From NCBI GenBank assembly GCA_964187785.1, contig OZ076409.1:6140001-6204000 (forward strand): a DNA stretch of 64,000 nucleotides, in the 5' to 3' direction. Below, one piece after another: positions 50,298-63,252 of the stretch (its first letter is position 1; each line of letters begins with the position of its first letter). The stretch is from Amphiscolops sp. MND2022. Lineage: Eukaryota. Position numbers and translations under genes: made by a program. The notes beneath the pieces are model-generated. The model searched no databases. It saw only the letters and a list, made by a program, of their open reading frames with translations, and was not told the DNA's origin.

Positions 50298-51389
50298 CTG
50301 CAGCAAAAACTTACTTTTTTGTTTTAACTCTTTAATAACAAGCCGGGACCGGCCCAAGTTGGCGCCATATCTAATGCTCAAAAATAGCAAAAGGACTTTA
50401 AAGTGTCAAAGTATTGGTGAATTTGGAACCTTTTATGAACAAAAATGAAAAAAAGTCTCACAATGCCGGAAAAAACTGAAAGGGAGGACCGTAGCATACG
50501 TGTTTGATTATCTTTTTTAGCGAATTGTTAGAGCATTCGGCCTGTACTGGGGCGGTATCAGGTTCGAATCTCTCTCAACTCGCCATTGTTGGTCCTTAAG
50601 CAAGTCCTTCATCCCTTGCTTAGTCACGGTGGTATGGTCAATGACAGAAAAATAACGCATTTGGCGGGGAAAAGCAAAATAAAAAAAAGCAAAAGGTGAG
50701 CAGTCAGACCTTTGTGACCTTGAGCAAGTCACTTTGAAACCACAGCTTCAAGTCCACCATTGCTTGGCCACTAGGCTGCAAATATGGTACCATAGCTTGC
50801 CATGGGGAGATAGTATCCGAAAGGGCGCCGACGTAGAAAAGCAGAATCGCTTAATCGGCGTCCTCCTCGCGGAATTGGGGAAATGAACTTTCTTTCTTTC
50901 TATACCAATACTGTCTTAAATGCGAGAGCAAAGCGACGTGCCACTATTTGATCAGCGGCCGGCTTTGGAGGAGCGCTCCACAAGAAGCAGGCCCGAGTTT
51001 TTTTGCCGCGAAACGTTCATTTCCTATCTTAATACATGTAAATCGACGAAATTTTACCTTTCGAGCCTGATTTCTCAAAAACGGCTGGTTATTTTTGAGA
51101 TCAAAAAATATCGCTAAATTCAGTAGATTTGTGTGAGTTATTGGAGAATAAAACTTGCAAAAAAAATTGTGGATGAAACGGTCAAAAATTGGAAAAACGG
51201 AAAAAAATTCCAATTTGCTCAAAATCAGCTATGTAACTTTCTAAATTTGTCCCAGAAATTTGAACACAGAGGCGAAGCGGTGCTTCGCAACACATGACGA
51301 AGACGAATCATGGCTAGACGAATGCCGAAAAATCGTATATATTCAATCGCATGCGTATATATTCAACAGTTCAACTTTGTTCAATAACG

Positions 51390-51460
51390 TCCCCATGGCA
51401 CAGTGGTCAACACTTATGCCGTGCAATCGGGAGGCTGCAGGTTCGAATCTCTCTGGGGTT
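51390..51460 (+). other. tRNA-like remnant or tRNA-derived SINE head
   Basis: A-box-like TGGCACAGTGG and B-box GGTTCGAATC with imperfect stems. Similar remnants near 50520-50590 (+) and 60720-60790 (-). Confidence 0.4.
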
Positions 51461-51742
51461 TTGGCTCTTTTCTAAAAGGCGCTCATTATGAAGTTGACTA
51501 TTGTGGAAAAAAACTTACTTAGCTGGACTGCAATGCACATTGACTTCGTCATGTGCAAAAACACTAATATAAACTAGATAAATTCTCAAACTTTTGTTTT
51601 TGATGTTTTTCAAAATTCTCGACAGATTTCGAAAAAATCGAGCCTAAAATCGCCCGGGGGACGTTTTTTTAATCACAGTTCTGTAATATGAACTGAATAA
51701 GTTTTTGAATTGAAGTATTATTGAACACATTTTTGATATTAG

Positions 51743-52195
51743 CAGAGTTTTGACACCGCTATTCAGCAATTTAGCGACCGCGCAGATTTTTTAACGATGG
51801 TATTAGCGATTCAGTTTAGCGGCAACAAACAACGTTCAAATTCAAAATGAATTCGAAAAATTCCAAATATTACCCTTGTAAAACCCACACAGTATGAAAA
51901 ATTCTTGTCTTTTTCCTTGCAAAAATTGAATCAAGTTATCATTGAATTTTAAAACATACTGGATTTCAGACATTTATCGGTTTGAAGGAAAAGTTTTCTT
52001 AGCGAAATAGGGATTTCGGAATTAGCGGTTTAACGATTAGCGAAAAACTGAAAAAACTTTTTTCTTGCGAAAACCGAATTCAGTCATTTTAAAACATATT
52101 TCAAGTTGGACATTTATTTTGTAAACCGCTTTTCAGCAAAATAGCGGTTATAAATCTAAGCGGTTTAGCGAAAAAATAGCGATGTCAAACCCCTG
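51743..52195. mobile_element. hAT-type MITE
   Basis: TIR CAGAGTTTTGACACCGCTA / TAGCGATGTCAAACCCCTG. 8-bp TSD GATATTAG / GATACTAG (one mismatch). Confidence 0.8.
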
Positions 52196-52248
52196 GATAC
52201 TAGACAGTTGCCCTCTTATAAAAGGAAGGAAGGGAGCTAGTCACGAAC

Positions 52249-52368
52249 CTGGGTTGGTGGCGCTGGTAGCCGCGGCGGCCGCTGCCTGTTGCTGCATGGC
52301 GTACCACATGGCGTACTGCGCGTACTGGGCATTGGCCGCGTTCGTAGAGGGACTACTTTGGGGGCCTC
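52249..52368 (-). CDS. RRM RNA-binding protein gene, exon (phase 1-1)
   Basis: TCCAG acceptor, GTTCGT donor. GGPQSSPSTNAANAQYAQYAMWYAMQQQAAAAAATSATNP. Confidence 0.85.
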
Positions 52369-53278
52369 CTGGATTGGGGCAAACAAAACACGAGATGATA
52401 CCAAAAGGCAATCAATTTCTACCGAATCAATCGGTGGTACAGAAGTCTCCATAGCAACCCTTTCTCAAATTTCGGTCAGAATACAGGGGTATTTTTGTTT
52501 TGGAATCAAACAATTACAAACGTTATAGCACTATTTAAATTTATCATGCAGTATCTCAAAAACCGCTGTTGGTAACAAAAATCGAAGAAACAAATTTTGT
52601 ACCTTCGATTCAGATCCCTAACTTCTGAATTCAACATTTTTTCCGAGAACGCCCTCCTCAAATTTACAACGCACAATGACCACAAATTTGTTGTTTCAAC
52701 GGAATTACAACTGCTTTTGATTGCTCATTTTTCAATCAGAAAAAATGTTCAATATTAAAGTTGAAGAATGTTGTCAAGGTTACAAAAATGATCGAGAGGT
52801 TTTCCTTCAGACCAGTAAGTTTCGAGATATTGCGTAATAAAGTTCAAAAAATTCCAAAGTGCCTCAAAATATGACATAACATTTAAAACTTTGATTCGAC
52901 TTTAAAACAAAAAAACGCCGTTCTAACTCTCATCAAAATCTGAGACCTTTGCTACTGAGATTTTTTTGTAAAACGAACATCAAATCAAAAGATGTCGTCG
53001 CACTTTGAAATTTTTTGCCAGCCAAACCGAGTGTCTAGCTTTTTGGTACCCTAGTGTAAACGTGAGAAGCTCAAACTCATAGGAGAAAAAAGAAAACTTA
53101 AAGGCAAAGTTGATGAAACCCAATCCGCTTTCATGTTATTTCATTCCACAAAATGATACTATTTTAATTGTACTTCAATTTTATTCCACAAAATGGCATG
53201 CATTATTCAAATTGTACTCGATTCAATACAGTGAGAGATTTGATCACACTGGAAACGCTTTACACGTGACCAACCAAC

Positions 53279-53464
53279 CGGCTGCATTGAAGGGTACGTT
53301 AGAGTTGGGCGTGGGGTTCATGTTATTGCTGTTCTGTTGATACTGACCGCCTGCTGACTGGTTGGGTGCGCCTCCGGCACCTCCCTGGTTGTAGCCACCC
53401 ATCATCTGGTTGCCTCCTTGGCCCCCTCGGCCACCGCCCCCAGAGTTACCGCCACCCGGGTAGC
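53279..53464 (-). CDS. RRM RNA-binding protein gene, exon (phase 1-1; absent from the ORF track)
   Basis: TTCCAG acceptor, GTTGGT donor. GYPGGGNSGGGGRGGQGGNQMMGGYNQGG...NVPFNAA. Confidence 0.85.
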
Positions 53465-53520
53465 CTGGAATAGGTCAACAGGTCAAATAGAGCAATTCTG
53501 CCAGCACAGAGATTTCACAT

Positions 53521-53944
53521 CAGTGTATTGTCGTATACTGAGTTCCTCTTATAACGTGTAATCGTTTAATCGAAGGTTTCGTATATCGTATTATTCGTAA
53601 AATTTGCCCCTTATATCGTATAAAGGCATGGAGCACTATTTTTGGATCATTTTTCTATCGGAATGTGTAATTGCTGCAAAGAAGGGGATTGCAATAGTCC
53701 CTTTGCGTATCCCATATAGTTTATTACCATTCTCGGATGCATTTCATTTCAGATTCATCACAAAAATATTCATAATTTCCAAAAAAAACTTGCTTGGCCC
53801 GTTACGGCAAAATCGACGTAAAAAGACTGAAAAGCGATTCTCCGTATAATAATGGCGGCATCTTCGTATAACAAGTAATTCGTACAACAAATTGTGGATT
53901 TCGTATACTTTTTCGTATAATCGTATACCGTGTACAATACACTG
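53521..53944. mobile_element. hAT-type MITE
   Basis: TIR CAGTGTATTGT / ACAATACACTG. Exact 8-bp TSD TTTCACAT. Confidence 0.88.
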
Positions 53945-54580
53945 TTTCACATCACTATTTTTTTTCGCTAATTGCTAATTTCGCTGGAAGACTTCTACTT
54001 CAAAATATTGAATGTTTGAATTCCAATGTTTCAAAATCAATGATAACTCAATCATGATTCAATTTTTGCATTGGAATTTTCCGAGATTCATTTCGAATAT
54101 TCATTCCGTGTATTTTGCGAGGAAATTTTGAATTTGGACAATCTATTAGTTGGATCGCTAACTTGAATCGCTCAAAACACTGTGCGGTCACTCATTCGTT
54201 CAGTCTCTGATGAGCGGTGTCAACAAACACTCTAACCATGAGTGAGAAGTGGACTGGTGTAATATGTGATGTGAGGACATTTCGTCCTATACACTTTCAA
54301 CCGCTCAGTTTCAACATATACCATTTTCAACCGTCCGCAATTTTGGTTAATGGATCCTAATTTGAAACATGTATTTTGGTGGTTTTAACTTTCATACATG
54401 TCTAAATTCAAATGTTCTAATTTTTACGTCAGTTTTGATGTTCTGCATTCTTGATGAGCAGTTACCATTAATTAGGCCTGTTTCATTCATTACTTTAGGA
54501 GTAATCAACAAAAATAAGTTCAGGTCGAAATTGCGGGCGGTTGAGAATGCGATAAGTTGAAATTGCATAGGTTGAAAGTG

Positions 54581-55031
54581 GGGGCACGACAATTCGTACA
54601 CACGACATCTCGTACAAAAACCAAAACCAGACATTTCGTGCAATTTATATTATACAACTTATTATTATAACGTAGTCAGCTATGTTCACATACCCCTAGT
54701 GCCCTAAATACAGGAGCGAAGCGAAGCGACGTGCCATTTGGCCATGCCTCAATGTTGCTACTTGGCGAAGGCAGCGAAGCGACCGAGCCATACAACATAT
54801 ATGCTAACCTCTTTAATTGAATCAAGTTCCATACATATTGGCTGTAACAGCACTGAAAGCTAGTAATTCTGTTGTTTGAGACCTATTTTGCAAATCTGTT
54901 TAATTTAATTTTGTACGAAATGTCTTTTGTACGAAATGTCGGGTTTCATTTTTGTACCAATTGTCCGTGTACGAAATGTCGGGTTTTTGGCTATTGTTCG
55001 AAATGTCGTTTGTACGAATTGTCGTGGTGCC
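54581..55031. mobile_element. Mutator-like MITE nested in another TIR element (~54270-55068)
   Basis: TIR GCACGACAATTCGTACA / TGTACGAATTGTCGTG. Flanking direct repeat GTTGAAAGTG (54571-54580 and 55032-55041). Confidence 0.75.
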
Positions 55032-55100
55032 GTTGAAAGTGTATAGGACGAAATGACGTCATGTAACCGTAATATAATATGTATCTAGGGTAGTACTGAC

Positions 55101-55245
55101 CTTGATATCCGGAGTAGCTGTTGTTGGAGTTGCCCTGTCCGCCCCCGTAGCCCCCTCCCCCGGACCCGTAGCCACTGCCGTAGCCTCCGCTGCCCCCGTC
55201 ATAGCCCCCATGGCCTCCGCCACCGCCGTACGAGTGCTGACCGCC
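55101..55245 (-). CDS. RRM RNA-binding protein gene, Gly/Tyr-rich exon (phase 0-1)
   Basis: TTCCAG acceptor, GTCAGT donor. GGQHSYGGGGGHGGYDGGSGGYGSGYG...YSGYQ. Confidence 0.88.
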
Positions 55246-56218
55246 CTGGAATAAAAACAGGTACACCATTCGCCATATTGTGCAACAAGGTTACCAGACA
55301 AAAGCGCCCCAATCATGGGATTTGCTAACTCTTCTCCGCCACCACCTTTAAGTTCCTCACTCCAATTAAATATTTGATTTTTTTTTCATGTAAAAACATG
55401 GCCTTACCAGTGAACTAATATTTTGATTGAACACCGTCAATTAGATTTAATTAGAGGCGATGAAATTGGCTCAAAAATTAGCGAAACGCTTTGTCTTGGG
55501 GCGCTCATGACCGTGTAAATGAAAAGATATCAATAAATATAAAAAAGATATTTCAAACACTACATTTCCACACCCGGTTGCAAACATACGATTGAAAACA
55601 TCAACAACCAAATTGATGAAAAACATTTTTTGGGAGGATGTCGCACAGCGCCGAAAAACTCAAAAGTGGGAACCTTTAGGCTTGAAAAACTTTCATTTTG
55701 AAAGTTGAAACACGGAAGGAAAACCTGAAGGGGGGCCCTTTGGTCGATATTAAAAATATATAAAAATTCAGTCTCACGGTGCCGAAAAAACTCAGAGCCC
55801 AAAACACAGGTATTTAGTCCTCGGCATGCCTCGAACCGACAGTTGTTTTTGGCAAGCGCGCATCCCAACTACTGGTTGAGTGAACGAACTGCTCAAAAGT
55901 GGACACTACGCATACATTGTAGTCTGACGTACAAAATAGTCGGGCACATTTTTTTATATTCGCCAACTAAAAACGGATGAACGATTCGGCTTTTTCCCTT
56001 CCGGGGCGCTTTGGGGCCCTTCAGGTCAAAACCTGCCGCTGTTTACGCAGGCACTATCAGGTGTATCATTAATGAAGTTTTCAATTTGAATACAAATTTG
56101 GAACATGGCAATTTTTTTAAAACGCGGCTGATTTGAATATTTTCTTCTCCCATATGGAATATGGGCGGAAAATAATACATTTCAGTAATTATCAAGAAAT
56201 AGTTGTTGTTATCCTTAC

Positions 56219-56365
56219 GTATCCACCGCCGCCTCCACCTCCGTGATGACCCCGGTCGCCCCCAAAGCCACCACCTCCCCCTCCGCCCATGAAGGAATTG
56301 CCCCCGTCCTGGAACTTGTTCTGCTGACTCCTCTCCCCACGTTGTTCACACCTCTTGACCTCCAC
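56219..56365 (-). CDS. RRM RNA-binding protein gene (DAZAP1/Hrp48/hnRNP A-B-like), exon with the last RRM strand
   Basis: TTCAG acceptor, GTAAGG donor. VEVKRCEQRG resembles the RRM2 end VEVKRAEPR of DAZAP1. The six exons splice in frame to 354 aa plus stop. No upstream exons were found in the window. Confidence 0.8.
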
Positions 56366-56472
56366 CTGAAGAACCACCCGCAATTACACACCTTGATGGG
56401 GGAGAGATCACTATGGAATCACAATCTTCTTTAAAATGGTGTCAGGACATTTCATCCTATACAAGTTCAACC

Positions 56473-56787
56473 TAGGGCCAGCATGAAATCACGCATGAAC
56501 ATGTACAAAAATCACGCACTTATTCACGCTAAATTCTGTGTCGAAATTTTGGCGGTTTGAAATGACAATATTTGAAAATACTTACTTCAAAAACCATCGT
56601 ATTCTACCAATTTCTAGTTCCTTTTTTGTTCTATATTCGATTTTCTACAATATTCTAGAATAGTTACTTCAAAACCTTCAAATCCACCGAATTGCTAGTT
56701 GCGATGTAAAATCACGCCATATCACGGAGCATTCTAATTGGCTAGAAAATCACGCTAATTCACGAGCGTGATTTCATGCTGGCCTTA
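56473..56787. mobile_element. hAT-type MITE nested in a TIR element (~56438-57180)
   Basis: TIR TAGGGCCAGCATGAAATCACGC / GCGTGATTTCATGCTGGCCTTA. Exact 8-bp TSD GTTCAACC. Confidence 0.9.
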
Positions 56788-58252
56788 GTTCAACCGTTGA
56801 CAATTTCAACCTATTGCATTTTCAACCTTCCGCAATTTCGACCTTAACTAATTTTGGCTGATGGATCATAATTATACAATTAGTTCAGGTGGTTTTCATT
56901 TTTATACATTTCTAAATTCAGATTTGCTAATTTTTACGCCAGTTTTGATTCGTTTTGGCTTTTTCATGTATAATTACCATTAATTAGGGATGTTTGATTC
57001 ATTACTAACTATTGTACCGAAACAATAACTCAACCGAATTAGAACTAAATAGCCAAAATTAGTTTAGGTCGAAATTGCGAAAGGTTGAAAATGCAATAGG
57101 TTGAAATTGTCAACGGTTGAAATGACAAAGGTTGAAATTGCATTTGCTGAAACTGCATAGGACGAAATGTCATGTAACCCTTTAAAATGACTACTTCTTC
57201 AAACATGATGTAATTTTCCCCACAGTTAATTTGCAAGACATTAAAGAAAAGCTAGCAGAAAAAATCGTTAATGGTTGCAACTTTGAAGTTAACTTTAAAC
57301 TATAAGTGACACATTCGAAATGTGAGAAACTTTGTCTTTCAAGAGGATGATGAAATTGAAAAAGATCGGAAATTACATAGCTGTTTGCGACATTTCATGA
57401 TCTACTAAGTTCCTCGCATTGCGAACAGCTGATACATTTATTGCATTAATTATTGAATAAATTTTAGTTAAATCAAATGAAGATTGCGACGAAATTTTGC
57501 GAAGAATAACAGTAAAATCCAGATATTTTCATTTCTGTCAACATTGTTTATGGAAAGTAATCATTAGATGAGTTTCATCATAAGATTCATATAACTACTG
57601 AAAACCAAAATTATACGTTACCATTCGTCAATTGAGAAGAAGCTGAATGAACATCATGGATCCTTTTGAGTTCGAGTTAGACTGACTTGACTTTTTACAA
57701 AGAAGATTATAATCTTCTTTGTAAAAAGTCAAATTTGCTTTTTATTTTTTTGAAAAAAAGTCATATATGCTTTTTAATTAACTTTGTTACAGGACATTAC
57801 GCCCAAACCGGACATTACGCTCAATAATTATACAGACAATCTTTCAAATTATTGGGCGTAAGTTCCTTGCGAGTACTGTCCGGCAGTGAATTAGATCGCA
57901 GATAAGCGAAAGCGCAAAATAAGCGAAAGCGACGTAGTATCCGAATAAGCCCCGACAGCCAACGCAACGACTGAAGTTTGCGCTTATCTGATCGGTTGGA
58001 AATTTTGCTTTTTGGTTGAAAAAAGTGCCCAACTATTACAGTGGCAAGTCTTTTGTACCGGGCGTTTCACCCGACACCAGTACAGTTGAAGATTTGTCTC
58101 TTGTGGTGGTAGTATTTTGCTGAGAAAAAGGGAGCAACAGAACGAAATTTCCAAAAGTTCGAAATGTCAAGAAATTGCACCTTATGAAAACTTATTAGTT
58201 CACTGAGCCAAAGTTTCTATTCAGAAAGCGGCGCTTAAGCGTTAGCGGGCCA

Positions 58253-58805
58253 CCCAGGTTTTCGGTCTTTGCGAATTTGTGCAGATCTGAAGGATTTTTG
58301 CAGAACTGCAGATTCGAAAAAATGACCTACTCACTGGCAGAAAGTTAATAAAAACCCCACAGCGATGTCAAACGAATAACAAAAATGTTCAAAACTGGAG
58401 AGAAGTCTCATTTATGTCAAAATGATGAAACATTTTTCTGCAGCAATCTGTACAGAAATGGATAAATTACGGTGTATAGCCAATACCGCACATTCTGCAG
58501 TCACCAAAATTACCGTCATGGGGACAAATTTTCCTTTTCGAGAATTTTTGGTGATGGAGAGTTTCAACTGACTGAACCTTGCTCTGCTAAAATACTTTGC
58601 AAAGTAGTTGAAGAAGTCCAAAAATGCAGTATACAGGATCCTTAGAAGCTGCAGAAAATTTTATTTCTGCAAAAATCTTTGAAGATCTGCACACTTCTGT
58701 AAAGATCTTGCAGATCTGTATGGATCTTCAAGATTCAGTGCAACGATCTTTGCAGAACCCTGCAGAAAAAAATCTGCACAGATTTGCAAAGGTCGAACAC
58801 CTGGG
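58253..58805. mobile_element. MITE with ~34-bp imperfect TIRs
   Basis: CCCAGGTTTTCGGTCTTTGCGAATTTGTGCAGAT / ATCTGCACAGATTTGCAAAGGTCGAACACCTGGG. Confidence 0.75.
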
Positions 58806-61800
58806 CAGTCATAAGCGCGTTTTTTCAAAAAACCTAATTCACTGCTGTCCGGACACCATTAACCTTTGACACCTTTCTTCAAAAGGCTTTTGAAATTTCC
58901 AATCAGCCAATTCCAAAATTCACTAGAAAAATACTTCCGAAAATGGAAATATAGTTTCATTTAAAGCATGTTTGCATGTAAAACTAGAACTTATTCCAAT
59001 TTTCCGGAGATTAGAAGCAGGTTATTTTTTGTACGTTGGATATGATTTCATGAATTAAGGAGGGGTAATTTTAGATTAAACGCTAATAAAATCGCAGCTA
59101 TAATGTCGGCATGGTCGCTAATTGGATCATTTGCGGAATCAAAACCCGCAAGATTCGTTGACTACTTACCAAGAACTGCCCTTTAAGCACTTTCATTACT
59201 TTTTAAATGCATGCATATAATTGGTTATGCAAATTACAGCATGACGTGAAGTACCGAAAAATGCGATATTTGGAGTTTGAACACAAAAAGTCAAAACGAA
59301 AGAGAATCTTTTAAAAGCAATCAAAACTTATCATTACACAAAACATGGAAACATCAACAAAAAATACTTCCAGAAAAACCAAGCCAACAAGCACTGGTCA
59401 CAGAAATCGATAAATTCTGAAACCAGTAGACTATATTTCTAAACAAGCATAATAAAGGGCTAAATGGATCTGTGAAGCAAAGTATAGATTCCCCAAGTCA
59501 AGAAGATTACTGATGCTCAAATTACGAAAAAAAAAACGATTTTATGCTGAGAAACTGGTCAAATAAGAAGACATTATTCACAATTTAAATTTGTGCAGAT
59601 AGAGCAAAAGTGAATAAAGGTTGGATATTTAAGTTATTTAATAAATTTAATTCATTCCGAAGACTTTCAAGGAAAAGCTCTATTTTTTGAACATCACGTG
59701 AACGATTAATTGATTAATTAAATTGGAAATCCGAAACTTGGAAACAACCATGAATTTGAGTGGGTATCAAAGATGGTATTTCAGAAGTATTCATTCCGGC
59801 ACCTGGGAAATAACGAACGATAAGCATATTTCATTTTAAACAGATTTTTTGATGATCACCTAGGGTGGTGCGCGGATTTGTAGATTTAAAATTTACAGCT
59901 CCTGGCTAACTAACTTGTAACAAGTAAAGCGATTCTGCTCAAACGTTTTAAAATTGCATTTTAACATCACTTTGGTGGCAAATATGTTCCTAAGTGGCAA
60001 ATATTCACATTCTCTTCATTTTACATTGTTGGCTATTTTTGTTCACGGAAATACCGGAAATATTGATTCGCATCTAGAGTATAATTTAAATTTTGTAATA
60101 CATTCTTTAAATTGAACAACACTTAATTGACAAGGTGTTGACCCCGATATTTGAAAGGTGTTTGACTTTGAAAAGATTTTAATGGATTAAAATTGGTTTG
60201 AACTAGCCGCTTTTCCCGAAAGCCATGAAGTCAAAGGTCACTTTCAGGTCATAGCATACATTATTTTCTACAGTTAGAGGCTTTACAGAAAGGACAATTA
60301 TCTAAATAAGGAGAAAGTATTTATTTCCAAGAGAAAAGTTTGATATTAAGATGAACAAAATTATACTATCAATGTGAAAAGTTTTATAGTAATACACCAG
60401 ATAATTGTTACATAAATAAGAAACCATCAAAATTGTGATGGATCGCGAAAACCATGAATAAAATCGGGAACTAACTTTTTATGAGGGCAATGTTAGCAAA
60501 AAACAATAGACAAGCAAAAATCAACATGTCACGTGTGCTAATTTCAGGAGAAAATGTAACCATACTTTTAGACCGACTAAAACGCTGATAGAATGAGAAA
60601 GCACATTGCGAATGCTATATGTATGAGCCCCATTCAAGGCTCAGCTATAATGAAAGATTTGTTAGAAAAACGAATAAATTCCGTAAAAGTGTTTCAAGAA
60701 ACATTGAAAAAAAAACAGCTAGTGCCTGGATTCGATCCCGAGACCATGTGTTTTCAATACCACAGAATCGCTCCATCGCATCAAGACTGGAAATGAAGTT
60801 GCTTAATGATTCATGATTAAACTTACTAATGACATCAGCGATATTAGAATCCATGAAAAAGATGCTCATTTGAGAAAGAAAATGCCGGTGTACAGTAGTA
60901 AATCACCGGAAAACAATTTTATGAACCATTCAGTCAGTTTAATAAATCATTTTAGAATTTAAAAAATGTAATGAATACCAATTGCAAATTTAATTGCATG
61001 CATTGTTTACCTAGAATACGTACATAGAACACCGACCCGGGAACGTTTCATGATATAAACTCAGGAACAATGAAAAACCGTGGATCAAAATTAACCAGAA
61101 GAGTAAACTCCAATAAATCTATTTTGACTGCTAAGGACAATCATAGGACGCAAGTTTCACGTTATGATGTTTCTAAATAAAACCTCAGATTTCACAATAC
61201 GGCGGTTTCAAATGGATAAAATTCCTTATTGCATTCAAATTGATTTGGATTTGGATCTTGCGAAGTGTTACATCATGTCTACTGTTCGACGCGATACAGT
61301 GTAATCCGGGAATATAACTAGTGTATATAACTAGAATAGGGAGAAATTGACGAGAGAGAAAGTTATCCGAAGCAAGCTATAGCTTAATACTTCTTTGCAC
61401 TCCTAGGCGACAGTGTAATCGACCGCTCGCTCAACTGGCCGACTGTGCAGTTAGCCGAACCGATTGAATATGATTGGATATAAGAGAAACTATTCTGAAC
61501 GTTGTTATGCAACAATAATTCGCATCGAATCAAAGGTTGGATATACATCAAAAATGTTTGTAAACACGCTATTTTTCTCATTTTCAAAGGATACAAAAAA
61601 TGAAATGATTTAAAATCAAGATCAGCTTCATTTCCTGATCTCCATGAAAACCCAATTTCTGCTGTGCAAATGATCAACCCCATTTTATCACGCTGTTCTG
61701 AAATTATTTAGTCGGCCAATGGCACCGTCGGCCAATTGACCTAGCACCTGTATATACAGATGGGTGGTACATATTTATATATATTTTTTTCGGTTAAGGC

Positions 61801-62110
61801 AGTTCAAGTAGTTGAGTTGCATTTAAAACATCAAACATCAGTCAGTTCCATGAAAGGGCTGAATTAGAGAGAGCTGAAACGAGAAAACAAAGCAGTTAAG
61901 TGAAAGTGGTGGAAATGATAATTAACGGTGGTATTAACTTTTTTATTCATAATTTCTTGAAATCTCTTCGCAGTGGCTTGAGCGGCACCTTCGTCTGTCT
62001 CGTATGTAATAAATGCGTAGCCTTAAAAACAGCACAAACATACCAATTAACATTGACATAATAAACAGCAGCTGAAATAGCAAAACATTTTCTACCATTG
62101 AACAATCAAT

Positions 62111-62775
62111 TATTCCGTTTCTGCGTTGAGTGAAGCATATCAGATATTTTATATGAACAACCAATAGAAATTGATTAGCTTGATACAGCAAATCTCAATT
62201 AATGTGAACGGAAAGGGAGCTTGAATGAACTAACGCTGCATGCGATTTTGTGTACATGTAGCTTTCTTTGGTCAGCGTTTAAATTTTAAAGCGTCGTTGG
62301 TGATTCTTTTTGTTCTTTTTGCTAACTCACTTGGATGCTGATATTGTTCACTTGACTCCTGATTTTAAAGCACTTTTAGTTTGGTTGCCGGTGATTGGCT
62401 GAAATTTTTCAACGAAAGCCAGGCGATCCACTTAACACCTGATATACTTCACTCAACGCGGAAACGGTGTACTCCGTTTCCTCGTTAAGTGAAGCATATC
62501 AGATGCGAAGTGAAACATTTCCGCTTTCGTTCAAAATTTTAAGCCAATCACCGGCCACCAAACAAAAAGTGCTTTACAATCAGAAGTCAAGTGAACAATA
62601 TTAGCATCCAAGTGAGTTAGCAAGAATGCTACCATACACCAAATCGCATGCAGCGTTCGTTCATTCAAGCTCCCGTTCCGTTCACATTAGTTGAGATTTG
62701 CTGTATCAAGGTAATAATTTCTATTGGTTGTTCATTCAACATCTGATATGCTTCATTTAACGCGGAAACGGTGTT
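62111..62775. mobile_element. Two copies of one TA-flanked MITE in inverted orientation, forming a ~660-bp palindrome
   Basis: Each half has TIRs TCCGTTTC..CGTT.AGTGAAGCATATCAG / CTGATAT.CTTCA...AACGCGGAAACGG. The halves join at TA 62470-62471. Confidence 0.85.
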
Positions 62776-62942
62776 ATTAAACCAATCAATTAGTTTAGAT
62801 AGCGAAATACAGTACTGTGATTAAGAAATCATCCCCCGATGAATTATGCGTCGTTATCAACTAATTAAAATTGCTTATTTACTCTCACTTTCAATTTTGA
62901 TTATCGAATTGAATTAAACCTAAGGCGCAAAAAACTTGAGAT

Positions 62943-63252
62943 GAGTTTTGACACCGCTAATTAGCGATTCAGCGGCGGTGCAGAAAGTTTTCTGCGATTC
63001 TATAACGATTCGAATTAGCGGGAACTAACATTGCCCGAATTCGACATTTCTTCTGAATGTAGAAGGAGTTTCAAAATGAATTCCGACTCTTAGAATAAAT
63101 AGTACTTACCCTTGTACAACCGACACAGTATAAAATTTTTTTCTCGCAAAAACTGAATTTTGTTATTTTAAAACATACTTGAAAATTTTTTCAACAAAAT
63201 AGCGATTTTGAACTTAGCGGTTTGGCCAAAAAATAGCGATGTCAAAACCCTG
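62943..63252. mobile_element. hAT-type MITE, same family as 51743-52195
   Basis: GAGTTTTGACACCGCTA ... TAGCGATGTCAAAACCCTG. 8-bp TSD CTTGAGAT. Confidence 0.8.

Noticed and set aside
50520..51460. Functional tRNA genes
   Set aside because: Only box motifs are present and cloverleaf stems are broken; a tRNAscan-SE run would be needed.
59165..59210. Candidate upstream exon of the RRM gene (GTAAGT donor at ~59169)
   Set aside because: No good acceptor and no RRM-like translation.
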